Both the position numbers and the translations under genes were made by a program. A stretch of 55,268 bases of DNA from Octopus bimaculoides (lineage: Eukaryota): the NCBI RefSeq assembly GCF_001194135.2, contig NC_068986.1, forward strand, positions 104,793,979 to 104,849,246. Reading direction: 5' to 3'. How positions within the stretch are numbered: the stretch's first letter is position 1; each line of letters begins with the position of its first letter. This document shows, piece by piece, positions 10,610-21,961 of this stretch. Below the pieces are notes generated by a model. That model saw nothing but the letters and a program-made list of their open reading frames with translations. It had not been told where the DNA came from and made no database searches.

Positions 10610-11197
10610 NNNNNNNNNNNNNNNNNNNNNNNNNNNNNNNNNNNNNNNNNNNNNNNNNNNNNNNNNNNNNNNNNNNNNNNNNNNNNNNNNNNNNNNNNNN
10701 NNNNNNNNNNNNNNNNNNNNNNNNNNNNNNNNNNNNNNNNNNNNNNNNNNNNNNNNNNNNNNNNNNNNNNNNNNNNNNNNNNNNNNNNNNNNNNNNNNNN
10801 NNNNNNNNNNNNNNNNNNNNNNNNNNNNNNNNNNNNNNNNNNNNNNNNNNNNNNNNNNNNNNNNNNNNNNNNNNNNNNNNNNNNNNNNNNNNNNNNNNNN
10901 NNNNNNNNNNNNNNNNNNNNNNNNNNNNNNNNNNNNNNNNNNNNNNNNNNNNNNNNNNNNNNNNNNNNNNNNNNNNNNNNNNNNNNNNNNNNNNNNNNNN
11001 NNNNNNNNNNNNNNNNNNNNNNNNNNNNNNNNNNNNNNNNNNNNNNNNNNNNNNNNNNNNNNNNNNNNNNNNNNNNNNNNNNNNNNNNNNNNNNNNNNNN
11101 NNNNNNNNNNNNNNNNNNNNNNNNNNNNNNNNNNNNNNNNNNNNNNNNNNNNNNNNNNNNNNNNNNNNNNNNNNNNNNNNNNNNNNNNNNNNNNNNN

Positions 11198-11267
<70 letters not shown>

Positions 11268-11792
11268 CTAAACGTATGTATGTATGTACGTAGTACGTTT
11301 GCATGCGTAGTCGAGGTTAAAACATGAAGGTTTTTCCCTTTTATCTAAAATCTTAAATTTTGTGCCGAACAACCTTGAGAAAGTAAGTGTCACTTGATCT
11401 TAATTGAGTGGATGCAAATTCGACAGTCGTCGAATGAATAGGAGATGCATGTCATAAGCAATGCATATGCCTATGCGTACGTGTGTGTTTGTGTATTCCT
11501 TGATTAGGGCGATCGTGTAGATTTTTAAGGAATATAAGTAAGGCGATAAGGAGAGTATGGGGTTGAAAGAAAAAAAAAATGATAGATAAAAGAATGGAGG
11601 TGTATGATGTTCGGGTGGAAAGTAAGAAGAAACAGAGGATGTGTGTACTTATTATTTGAAAGTCGTCGGTTCATTAATATGTAGAGTTAGATCATACTCT
11701 AGATTTGTATACGCAGGGGGATTGAGTATACTTCTGTATATTAATGCACAATATAAAAGGTTGTATGTATGTGAATATATGTGTGTGTATAC

Positions 11793-11833
<41 letters not shown>

Positions 11834-12959
11834 CATCTATGTGTGTATCTATGTATATATTTATATGTATACATATATGTTTGNNNNNNNNNNNNNNNNN
11901 NNNNNNNNNNNNNNNNNNNNNNNNNNNNNNNNNNNNNNNNNNNNNNNNNNNNNNNNNNNNNNNNNNNNNNNNNNNNNNNNNNNNNNNNNNNNNNNNNNNN
12001 NNNNNNNNNNNNNNNNNNNNNNNNNNNNNNNNNNNNNNNNNNNNNNNNNNNNNNNNNNNNNNNNNNNNNNNNNNNNNNNNNNNNNNNNNNNNNNNNNNNN
12101 NNNNNNNNNNNNNNNNNNNNNNNNNNNNNNNNNNNNNNNNNNNNNNNNNNNNNNNNNNNNNNNNNNNNNNNNNNNNNNNNNNNNNNNNNNNNNNNNNNNN
12201 NNNNNNNNNNNNNNNNNNNNNNNNNNNNNNNNNNNNNNNNNNNNNNNNNNNNNNNNNNNNNNNNNNNNNNNNNNNNNNNNNNNNNNNNNNNNNNNNNNNN
12301 NNNNNNNNNNNNNNNNNNNNNNNNNNNNNNNNNNNNNNNNNNNNNNNNNNNNNNNNNNNNNNNNNNNNNNNNNNNNNNNNNNNNNNNNNNNNNNNNNNNN
12401 NNNNNNNNNNNNNNNNNNNNNNNNNNNNNNNNNNNNNNNNNNNNNNNNNNNNNNNNNNNNNNNNNNNNNNNNNNNNNNNNNNNATATATATATATATATA
12501 TATATATACATATTGTGTGTGTCTTTATATAAGTATATATATATTGAATGTGTACATGTAACTGCAATTAATACAATCAATATATGTACACACAGAGAAA
12601 ATACAGGTAGACAGGGGGACACACGTTTGCCTTCATATATTTACGTATTTAGTTTCATGTTGTTTATTGCCATGAGGAGATAAGATCAAGTGAAATAAAT
12701 TATCTCTATTACATTTGGATCGGGTAAGTGTAGCATTTCGTTTCTGTTCTAACGGGTGTGTGTTTGTGTGAGCGTCTGTGTCTTCATATATATTGAATAT
12801 ATGCAAGCACTCAGGCAAACACATTCGCATACCTGTGAGTGAATGTACGTATGTGAACACATGTATTCGTGATGTACGTAGTTATGCATACGCATACGTT
12901 TATACCTGTATACCCATAAATATATACATATATATATACTTATATTAATTTTTATACAC

Positions 12960-13026
<67 letters not shown>

Positions 13027-13124
13027 AATGCATATATTTATGCGTACACACATGCAAACACATATGCGTATATATGTATGTATATAAATATGTATAAATA
13101 TGTATATATATGTGTATATATAGT

Positions 13125-13470
13125 TGGAATTTACAAACAAAAAAAACAAAAGACGGAGACAGGTGTGTAAACAACAAACAGATGCCCTGCCAAAACATTT
13201 GAGAGACATGCAAGACATGGATGCGGAGGTCTTCAAGACAAAACTTGACACTTTCCTCTCCACGATACCAGACGAACCAATGGCTCGTAATGAGACGCAG
13301 TTTAGGGCAGCTATGTCAAATTCTCTTATACACCAGATGTGCCATCAAAACTCTTGATTGGACCATGTCTGGTGGGGGAGAAGAGCCATGCAAGGAACGT
13401 GAAAATCACGGTGGTGCACCAGCATGACCGCAGCCACTTGGCTAAAACACATAAATAAATAAAATAAAAA
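13125..13470 (+). mobile_element. CR1/L2-type LINE 3' fragment (ORF2 C-terminus + 3'UTR)
   Basis: [46 protein letters not shown] resembles the CR1-group C-terminal motif N.LP..IR....V..FK..LD.FL..VPDEP...RAA.SNSL..Q. The 3'UTR ends GGTGCACCAGCATGACCGCAG..AAATAAATAAAATAAAA. Confidence 0.75.
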
Positions 13471-13499
13471 AATACATATACACATATAGTTATACATAT

Positions 13500-13655
13500 A
13501 TATCTGTGTGGCAAGTAGATTGCTTACGAACCACATGGTTCCGAGTTCAGTCCTACTGCATGGCACTTTCGGCAAATGTCTTCTACTATAGCCTTGGGTC
13601 GACCGAAGCGTTGTGAGTGGATTTTGTAGACGGAAACTGAAAGAAGTCCGTCGTA
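13500..13655 (+). mobile_element. Family B SINE 5' half (tRNA head + CORE-like), running into (TA)n and a gap
   Basis: CTGTGTGGCAAGTAGATTGCTTACGAACCACATGGTTCCGAGTTCAGTCC..GTAGACGGAAACTGAAAGAAGTCCGTCG. Confidence 0.88.
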
Positions 13656-14011
13656 TATATATATATATATATNNNNNNNNNNNNNNNNNNNNNNNNNNNN
13701 NNNNNNNNNNNNNNNNNNNNNNNNNNNNNNNNNNNNNNNNNNNNNNNNNNNNNNNNNNNNNNNNNNNNNNNNNNNNNNNNNNNNNNNNNNNNNNNNNNNN
13801 NNNNNNNNNNNNNNNNNNNNNNNNNNNNNNNNNNNNNNNNNNNNNNNNNNNNNNNNNNNNNNNNNNNNNNNNNNNNNNNNNNNNNNNNNNNNNNNNNNNN
13901 NNNNNNNNNNNNNNNNNNNNNNNNNNNNNNNNNNNNNNNNNNNNNNNNNNNNNNNNNNNNNNNNNNNNNNNNNNNNNNNNNNNNNNNNNNNNNNNNNNNN
14001 NNNNNNNNNNN

Positions 14012-14068
<57 letters not shown>

Positions 14069-14152
14069 TACACACACACACATACCACAATAGAAGTATA
14101 CTAGTCTGCGTTTGTGTTTACTTCTGCGTGTATTTATATTTGTATGCGTGAC

Positions 14153-14229
<77 letters not shown>

Positions 14230-14469
14230 CGCGTGTCCGTGTATGTGTGTAAGTGTTTCGTGTTTGCGTGGCCATGTATGCATGCGAAACCGAACGGTTA
14301 ATGTGGTACTTTCAGAATCATTGGTTGCCCGGTTCAATCCTCTACAGCGCAGCTTGTTGATCATATGTTATACTATTACTTGCGTCAGACATAATCCTTC
14401 TAACTGAAAGTTGATTGACGCAAACTGTGTAAACACTCTGGCTGGAATCGATCCGTCATTCAGGAACAT

Positions 14470-14786
14470 AGCCGAATTTACATTATTTATATTATTTACA
14501 TTTGACGGATATTAGTCCTCGTCTTGTTTTTTGATAACCCAACATTTTGGATGATATATACTCCAGCCTTCATCAGGTGTCTTGGGGAAATTTCGAACCT
14601 GGGTTCTCATTCCTAAGGTATATTTTCAATGTTGTTGTTATTAGTATTGTTATTATTATTATTATTATTATTATTAATATTATTATTATTATTATTATTA
14701 TTCAGGCCACTGGCTGGATTCAAATTCGGAATCTTGGGATTAGTAGCCCGCTCTCTTAACCACTACGCCATATGCCCGTGGGCATA
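14470..14786 (-). mobile_element. tRNA-headed SINE-like element with an internal (AAT)n tract and a hammerhead-like tail (family E)
   Basis: The minus strand reads GGGCATATGGCGTAGTGG (A box) TTAAGAGAGCGGGCTACTAATCCC..GAATTTGAATCC (B-box-like), then (AAT)n, then ..CCAAGACAC CTGATGA A GGCTG GAGTATATAT CATCC AAAA TGTT GGGT.. Confidence 0.65.
14536..14583 (-). ncRNA. Degenerate minimal type-I hammerhead ribozyme motif
   Basis: CUGAUGA core is intact (14570-14576). Stem II is GGCTG/CATCC (one mismatch). GAAA is mutated to AAAA and the stem III palindrome AACGTT to AATGTT, both CpG-type transitions. Stem I is ACAC/GGGT (one mismatch). Confidence 0.5.
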
Positions 14787-14840
14787 TAGAACTGTACAAC
14801 CAAATTTCTTATGATTTTTATAAATCCACTTTAGGATGGT

Positions 14841-15225
14841 GGAGGCGCAATGGCCCAGTGGTTAGTGCAGCGGACTGGCGGTCGTAGGATCGCGGTTTCG
14901 AATCCCAGACTGGGCATTGTGAGTGTTTATTGCGCGAAAACATCTAAAGCTCTACGAGGCTTCGGCATGGGTGCCAGGTGAACCCTGCTGTACTCTTTCA
15001 CCACAATTTTCTCTAACTCTATCTTCCTGTTTCTGTTGTACCTGTATTTCAAAGGGCCAGCCTTGTCACACTCTGTGTCACGCTGAATCTTAACCCGAGA
15101 ATTACTTTAAGGGTATACGTGTCTGTGGAATGCTCAGCCACTTCAACGTTAATTTCACGTGCAGGCTGTTACGTTGATCAGATCAAATGGACAACTCGTC
15201 GTCGTAACCGATGGAGTGCCACGAC
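14841..15225 (+). mobile_element. tRNA-derived SINE, family C, full length
   Basis: GGAGGCGCAATGGCCCAGTGGTTAG (A box)..GGTTTCGAATCCC (B box)..GAACCCTGCTGTACTCTTTCACCAC..CTCGTCGTCGTAACCGATGGAGTGCCA. Further copies lie at 25645-26008 and 36718-37097. Confidence 0.9.
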
Positions 15226-15399
15226 AATTTTAGGATAAGTTTGAAGATATTTTCTATAAATAATGCAGCTTAAAAACATGACTCAATAGTTCTATGTAGA
15301 AATCTATTGCAACGTATTCATAACTTGCTCCATGTTTCAGTCATTTAACTACGGCCATTCTGCTGCACCCCTGGCGTGACTGTCAAGATCGATACAAGA

Positions 15400-16320
15400 T
15401 CCTGTGGCCCTTAAGGCACTGAAATTGACACCGAACAACAGCCACAGTGGGTTGATGACGACGTCTCCTCTTCTCTTAAAGGAGTCTTCTGCATTTGGTT
15501 TTCAAGTGGCTACTCTGGTATCACACATGGACTTCCATGTCTTCTAATTAACAGCCAGGAGCTGCAACAATTTGAGAGAAACACCGCGTGAGACAGACCA
15601 TTTAAAGAATCATGAAAACAAAGTTGTGGACGTCCATGGGGTCTACTTCCAGTCTCAGTCTGACTGAGGAGGACCATACCCACCATACGAATTACATGGC
15701 CAACCCAGTGGAATAGAGGATAAAGGATGCCGGCCGTAGTGTGATAGAACTCAGCCGTGAGGAGGGTTTCGGTGTGAAGCATATTGTCCTTCCATATGAG
15801 ACCCAGGGAACTTTGGAGCGAACTGGTATGGAACACTTCTAGTTTTATGATCTGGCGCCGATAAAGTGTCACTCAGATTCATACAGGCGGCTGGATACAT
15901 AAACAGATCGATAAACGGAAATTTTGCATGGCTCTAAGTTTCTTGTTCTGAAAGATTCGTTCGCTGAGATTCCCGAAAGTTGCAGAGGCCAGGTCGATCC
16001 GACGGAGTATCTCCCCACCGTCAAGGGATCCAGTGTTAGAGGCCGTGATTCAAAGATAGCAGAATGAGTCCGCTTGCGGTAGAGGAGCACCATCAATAAG
16101 AACGGGCTCAAGCGGAGATGAGGTTGGTAAGGATGATTGGAGTACTTCAGTCTTTCGATGATTCACTTGAAGACCAATCCGAGAACAGACACAGTTCATT
16201 GAGCTCGTCACAAGTTGAAAAGGGGCAGAGGTATGAGATGGTGCAGCTGAAATGGTTCTGCATACTAAATCTCGTACACCGTGGCTGAGAGGATTTTTGA
16301 TGTGGCTTTCAGGCGGCAAG
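15400..16320 (-). mobile_element. Decayed RTE-clade LINE (3' part of ORF: RT C-terminal/thumb region)
   Basis: Frameshifted peptides CSRIGLQVNHRKTEVL..LIDGAPLPQADSFCYL, CKISVYRSVY..LYESE.TLYRRQIIKLEVFHTSSLQSSLGLIWKDNM, HWVGHVIRM and GSRPHGRPQLCFHDSL match RTE-clade motifs (GL.IN..KTEV, F.YLGS, LYG.E.WT.Y, RW.GHV.RM, G.R..GRP..R..D.L). Confidence 0.85.
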
Positions 16321-16509
16321 TGTTCAAAAAATAACAGCGAGATCTAACTGTTTGCGGATAGCATAGAAACAACAGCCTATTAACAGCTTCTTTTTGCAAA
16401 GAGCTGGGAAAATGTTTAAACTGCTAAGTATATCTTGGGTGTAGCTATATTGAGTTCAAAAGTACTGAAGACACACAGTATTATCGTGTTTGTTGATCCA
16501 CCTTGCTGA

Positions 16510-16860
16510 AATTAAATACATGTATTTGATATCTTTCGCGATATCTTAGTCACTACGAACAAAAATATATTGCATTGAACTAATAGCATAAACATCACAA
16601 ATGCTTCTGCATGAGGCATTTGAATCTTCTGCGATACCCCAAAATCTACGCACTAACAACTACTGTATTTAACAAATAACAGGCATTATAAATGCACCTG
16701 AACGAGAGACAATAGAATCTTATGTGGCTCCACAAATTCTAGAACTAAAAACTGTTGTATTTTAGTAATAACATAGGCATTGTGGATGCTTCTGTACGAC
16801 AAGCAGGAAAATCTTCTGTGGTTACCCAAACTCTAGAAGTAAGAATTATATCATTTCACG
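16510..16860 (+). repeat. Degenerate ~91-94-bp tandem repeat, about 4 units
   Basis: Units start at about 16601, 16692 and 16786 (ATGC(T/A)(T/C)CTG..AATCTT(C/A)TG..CCAAA.TCTA(G)AAC..A(T)AGGCATT), with a weaker unit before 16600. Confidence 0.6.
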
Positions 16861-17062
16861 AATAAAGGAAGCGTTATAAACGATTCTTTATGAATGACAC
16901 ATTGTTTTGCCTGTTAAAATCTTATATATTGTTTCGAACAAAATTTTTTCAATAAATAAATTAGTAAATAAATATATAAATATAAATAAAAAGAGCTAGA
17001 AAACATACAAAACACTAACTGGAAAACGTAAAAATGTCTAATCCATTTTAACTTTCAACTTC

Positions 17063-17146
17063 TTATCGTGTAAGCATTATCATGCAACCATTATTGTATA
17101 AACCTTATCACGGAGCCCTTATCGCCTAACCGTTATCATGTAATTA
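17063..17146 (+). repeat. Six phased 14-bp units beginning TTAT(C/T)
   Basis: TTATCGTGTAAGCA TTATCATGCAACCA TTATTGTATAAACC TTATCACGGAGCCC TTATCGCCTAACCG TTATCATGTAATTA. Confidence 0.75.
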
Positions 17147-17458
17147 AGATGATAAAGAAAAAAATACTTCATATTAACATAGAACATTAGCACAGAACCG
17201 AAGCGTAGTAACACATGTAGGAAAAAATTACAATACGAAAGTAAAAAAAAATAAATAAAATAAGATAGAAATTACAAAAAGAACTTCTTTCAAAAAAGGA
17301 ATAAAAAAGCAGATATGCTTAGTAAAAGTCATATCAATCAGGTGAGTGTTGTATGTTAGATTCTGAAGTATTAAACACTGATAAAAGCTAAAGTTTCTAT
17401 AAATGTTAAATGTTGCCTTATATTCTATTCATTATACATACATACATATGTACACACA

Positions 17459-17537
<79 letters not shown>

Positions 17538-17553
17538 AGCCACAATTGAGCTT

Positions 17554-17802
17554 AGAAGGTGTTTATAAGCCATTTAAAGACGCACAAAAACGTTGGATTC
17601 ACCTCAAAACTTTAATTTAATTTGCCAAAATATTTTCGTCGGTTTGAGACCGTCACCTGTTCACTGTGATGCAGCACGGAATTTTGGTCAGTGAACAGGT
17701 CGCGGTCTCAAACCGACGAAAATATTTTGGCAAATTAAGTTTAAACGTTGAAGTGAATTTAACGGTGTTTGTGTGTCTTAAAATGGCTTATAAAAACCTT
17801 CT
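17554..17802. mobile_element. Fold-back (arms ~113 bp, 22-bp spacer), probable Penelope-like inverted pseudo-LTR next to a (TA)n/(TG)n tract
   Basis: 17554-17666 is the reverse complement of 17689-17802 (e.g. TTTGCCAAAATATTTTCGTCGGTTTGAGACCG / CGGTCTCAAACCGACGAAAATATTTTGGCAAA). The PLE assignment is inferred from the hammerhead motif and the inverted arrangement. Confidence 0.7.
17683..17734 (+). ncRNA. Minimal type-I hammerhead-like motif with a G3:C8 core variant
   Basis: Stem I GTCA(17687-90)/TGGC(17728-31); core GTGAACA (17691-97) plus one extra G; stem II GTCG(17699-702)/CGAC(17714-17); GAAA (17718-21); palindromic stem III AATATT; putative cleavage triplet UUU. Confidence 0.5.
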
Positions 17803-18610
17803 ACGTTGCAATTGCTTTTGTTTCAGCACACGATCTNNNNNNNNNNNNNNNNNNNNNNNNNNNNNNNNNNNNNNNNNNNNNNNNNNNNNNNNNNNNNNNN
17901 NNNNNNNNNNNNNNNNNNNNNNNNNNNNNNNNNNNNNNNNNNNNNNNNNNNNNNNNNNNNNNNNNNNNNNNNNNNNNNNNNNNNNNNNNNNNNNNNNNNN
18001 NNNNNNNNNNNNNNNNNNNNNNNNNNNNNNNNNNNNNNNNNNNNNNNNNNNNNNNNNNNNNNNNNNNNNNNNNNNNNNNNNNNNNNNNNNNNNNNNNNNN
18101 NNNNNNNNNNNNNNNNNNNNNNNNNNNNNNNNNNNNNNNNNNNNNNNNNNNNNNNNNNNNNNNNNNNNNNNNNNNNNNNNNNNNNNNNNNNNNNNNNNNN
18201 NNNNNNNNNNNNNNNNNNNNNNNNNNNNNNNNNNNNNNNNNNNNNNNNNNNNNNNNNNNNNNNNNNNNNNNNNNNNNNNNNNNNNNNNNNNNNNNNNNNN
18301 NNNNNNNNNNNNNNNNNNNNNNNNNNNNNNNNNNNNNNNNNNNNNNNNNNNNNNNNNNNNNNNNNNNNNNNNNNNNNNNNNNNNNNNNNNNNNNNNNNNN
18401 NNNNNNNNNNNNNNNNNNNNNNNNNNNNNNNNNNNNNNNNNNNNNNNNNNNNNNNNNNNNNNNNNNNNNNNNNNNNNNNNNNNNNNNNNNNNNNNNNNNN
18501 NNNNNNNNNNNNNNNNNNNNNNNNNNNNNNNNNNNNNNNNNNNNNNNNNNNNNNNNNNNNNNNNNNNNNNNNNNNNNNNNNNNNNNNNNNNNNNNNNNNN
18601 NNNNNNNNNN

Positions 18611-18657
<47 letters not shown>

Positions 18658-18659
18658 CT

Positions 18660-18862
18660 TTTACACTTTTACTTGTCTTAGTCATTTGACTGTGGCCATG
18701 CTGGAACACCGCCTTTAATTGAACAAATCGACCGCATTCTAGTACTTATTCTATCGGTTTCTATTACCGAACCGCTAAGTTTTGGGGGATGTAAACGCTC
18801 CAACGTCGGCTGTCCAGCGATCGTGGAGGACGAGGGAGACAAACACAGGCGTACACGCAGAC
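18660..18862 (-). mobile_element. Family B SINE 3' half
   Basis: TACTTGTCTTAGTCATTTGACTGTGGCCATGCTGGAACACCGCC..CTAGTACTTATTCTATCGGT..CCGAACCGCTAAGT. Confidence 0.85.
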
Positions 18863-19408
18863 AAATGTAAATATATGCATATATATATATATACACTTTT
18901 GACAGCCGTGTGGACGGGAGCTACTTGAAATTACCGGTTCCGTTCAAGAGCACAGCACGGCACCCGGTACAGGAATTTAACCTACAATAACTAATCACTA
19001 AGATATTTATTATATTTATGGATTATTTCATTCAACTGTATTATAGACGTATGCGTGTGTTTGATATGTATCACATTATTCCATTTGTACAAGCGTGTTG
19101 TATATATATGTATATATATACGTATTTGAATATGCAGGATTATATATGGACAACTACAAATTGATATGTACATTATTGTCTTATATATATTCAGATACTC
19201 TCTTATGCCTGAATACGTTTATTTACAAATGTATATCTATCCATCTATTTATCTAGCTATCTATGTACCCTTTTACCTATCTATCTAGCTGTTTCTCCTT
19301 CTCTCTTTTTTCTTCTTTTAGTCTCTCTCTTCCTCTCTCTCTCTTCCTCTGTCTCTCTCTCCCTCTGTCTCTCTCTATCCTTATATGTATATAAATATAT
19401 ACATATAC

Positions 19409-19453
<45 letters not shown>

Positions 19454-20577
19454 NNNNNNNNNNNNNNNNNNNNNNNNNNNNNNNNNNNNNNNNNNNNNNN
19501 NNNNNNNNNNNNNNNNNNNNNNNNNNNNNNNNNNNNNNNNNNNNNNNNNNNNNNNNNNNNNNNNNNNNNNNNNNNNNNNNNNNNNNNNNNNNNNNNNNNN
19601 NNNNNNNNNNNNNNNNNNNNNNNNNNNNNNNNNNNNNNNNNNNNNNNNNNNNNNNNNNNNNNNNNNNNNNNNNNNNNNNNNNNNNNNNNNNNNNNNNNNN
19701 NNNNNNNNNNNNNNNNNNNNNNNNNNNNNNNNNNNNNNNNNNNNNNNNNNNNNNNNNNNNNNNNNNNNNNNNNNNNNNNNNNNNNNNNNNNNNNNNNNNN
19801 NNNNNNNNNNNNNNNNNNNNNNNNNNNNNNNNNNNNNNNNNNNNNNNNNNNNNNNNNNNNNNNNNNNNNNNNNNNNNNNNNNNNNNNNNNNNNNNNNNNN
19901 NNNNNNNNNNNNNNNNNNNNNNNNNNNNNNNNNNNNNNNNNNNNNNNNNNNNNNNNATATACACACATATATATTTAAGAGGAATGACCAGGAAAAGTGG
20001 ACTCCTATATGCTAGAAATAGATGCCGAATCATCTAACCACGAAAAATATGTTCTCAGTAAAATTTTAGCGACACAACAGACTGTAAAGGGACACGACGA
20101 ATGAAAAAATACTAAATAAAAAATCTATTAACCTACGTACCATGGTTTCACCTGTTAAAATTTACATAAATAAATATCTGCAGGATCATCAGCGTAGTCT
20201 GTCGATTTATAAAATATAATTTCCAGAACTAGATACAAGCCGTCCACCCAAAAGGGAGCACGTGTAGAGTTCTACATTTTACATTCGATGTATCCTTTCA
20301 AATGTTTTCAATCTGGCGCGCTAAGTCCGGAAATAACTCGGCAGTTAATAAATTTTTGCAGCTAATTTACCGGTTTGAGAACATCATTATTTAAAATTAA
20401 TTAATAAGGGCATAAATTGATATTAATCAATTAAAACCAGTGGTCTAGCATATTAAAAAAAAACAATTTCATGATATTTTTTACACCGCAGGAATGTATC
20501 GTTAGCTTCTAAAAAGCATTAATTCTGTAAAAACCTTATATTGCACACTTTATATCAGCGGCTTATCCAGGATATGT

Positions 20578-20760
20578 GAAGACGCGTGACCTAGTGATTA
20601 GGGTGTTGCACACAGGGTTGAAGATTGTAGTTTCGATTCACTGATCGGGCAGTTCATAGTATCTCATTGAGCAAAACATTTCATTTCACGTCATTCTATT
20701 CACCTTCAAATGAGTGGCTCTGCGACGGTCTGGCTTCTCGTTAAGCGGGTAACTGGGTAA
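20578..20760 (+). mobile_element. Diverged family D-like SINE
   Basis: GAAGACGCGTGACCTAGTGATTAGGGTGTTG..GTTTCGATTC..TTGAGCAAAACATTTCATTTCACG. Confidence 0.55.
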
Positions 20761-21798
20761 CCGGCCTTATTAGTCTTAAAACTCGGGACAGTAATAATCC
20801 AGGGATTCATGATTATGATGATGGTAGTAATGATGATCATGGTGACTATCTAGATACCTCAGTAGTACAACATATGATTATCTCTCCTCATGAAGTTTAA
20901 GGCGATTAATTGCACGATTAACTTAAAGAAAAAACATATCATACAAGATATAAAATAATGTATGACGCCGCGCAGTAATAGGAAACAGTCTAAAGATTTG
21001 GTCAGATCCCAGCCCTACATCAGAGGAAGAGGAAAAAAAAAACAAGGAAAATTCCCTGAATAAATTGGCATTCAATTTCCTATTTCTTGTACTCATTATC
21101 AACACTCTCTTAGTTATCGTCAAGTATCTTCTTCTATAATCTCCCAGTAGGGTATGTCACAACATGTAAATCTAAGCCTCCTGTATGTCTGGAAAATCTC
21201 CTAAATATTACTAGTTTACATTTTTGGTTCTGGGTTTGGTTTGTTTGACTCCTGTTTCTGAGTTCTTCTCGAAAGAATGTTCTTTGTTCGACTTTATCAG
21301 CCTTTGCCCTATCAGTTCTCGTCCTCGTTTCTCTCCACCTACAAGCACAAACATCGCCACGCACGATTACGTTATCTACAACATACTTTAGAAGTTTCCA
21401 AGATCTCAATATTTTCTCTTTAACACTCGCCTTTATCTCCTCCTTAATTATTCAGATAATGCTCATTATAGAACTGACGCCAGACAACATTCATACATAC
21501 ATACGCGACGCGAAAACATACATATTTACACTATACATACTTTAATACATACATACCAGCATACATACAAGCACAGATATAAATACATACATCTCTCTCT
21601 TTCTCTCTATGTATGTATGTAAGCATGTGTACGATTATATATATGGATAGATAAATATGTATTGCTAGATATGTTTATGAGTATGTATACATGCACAAAT
21701 ACATATATACATTATATATATATATAAACACATACATATTTATGAGTAATGGATATGTATGCGATATTCATATACATAAATGCATATATAAATGTATA

Positions 21799-21831
<33 letters not shown>

Positions 21832-21899
21832 TTATTTATTTATTTATTTATATACACACACTCTGTATATGTATGTATTTATATACATATATAGACATT

Positions 21900-21961
<62 letters not shown>

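Noticed and set aside
14700-14900. tRNA genes (also heads at 32122, 35977, 37097 and 43439)
   Set aside because: A and B boxes are present but there is no complete cloverleaf or acceptor stem. They are SINE heads.
20923-21409. Candidate minus-strand exons after pyrimidine-rich AG sites
   Set aside because: The peptides are unrecognisable and there is no consistent donor or phase chain linking them.
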